A DNA stretch of 32,245 bases from Nemertoderma westbladi (taxonomy: Eukaryota > Animalia > Xenacoelomorpha): assembly GCA_032718475.1 (NCBI GenBank), contig JAUCBJ010006036.1:1-32245 (forward strand), given 5' to 3'. The notes under the pieces are model-generated. The model had not been told where the DNA came from. It saw only the letters and a program-made list of their open reading frames with translations, and made no database searches. Positions within the stretch are counted from its first letter, which is position 1, and every line of letters begins with the position of its first letter. Position numbers and translations under genes: made by a program. Of the stretch, positions 31,978-32,245 are shown piece after piece.

Positions 31978-32245
31978 AACATCAATTAATTTGGATAAAA
32001 TGCAGTCTCCTAAATAAGGGGATGAAAATTTGTCCAAGTGTTATAATGCTTTTTGAGTAATAATTGTAAAAAATGTAATAAATGTTTTTTTGAAACAACC
32101 TATATCCCTCCCTATACATAGTTTCGACATAATTCCATTATTTTCAAACACGATGTGTATTTTTTTATTTCAAATCACATAAGATTACCAGGGCGCAGCT
32201 ATTCTACGACTAAATCCAGATTGTGATACATATTTGGAATCCTTG

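Noticed and set aside
30250-32017. 579-aa and 216-aa His/Ser/Pro-rich ORFs
   Set aside because: Translations of the 31-bp satellite.

Overview
AT-rich, repeat-rich animal (invertebrate-like) genomic DNA; the species cannot be determined from the sequence. Left to right: the 3' part of a BEL/Pao LTR retrotransposon (intact pol ORF, ~1.9 kb non-coding tail, probable PPT and 3' LTR); a phased TTCTAGAA cluster; a probable first exon of a type II membrane protein; a Helentron/HINE-like element (second copy inverted at ~26.8-27.4 kb); a 3.1 kb 43-bp satellite; an intronless SLC26 anion transporter gene with an altered anion pocket (minus strand); a Tc1/mariner-type MITE; a STAT5-like gene (minus strand) with a single interruption; several MITE/minisatellite/poly-G repeats; and a 1.7 kb 31-bp satellite. 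The most notable observation is the STAT interruption. A 709-bp segment is bounded by a 17-bp inverted repeat, and its precise removal rejoins the reading frame with no target-site duplication. The best-looking canonical GT/AG pair is out of phase, although a weaker in-phase AG exists. All motif and alignment statements were made by eye; no searches were run.
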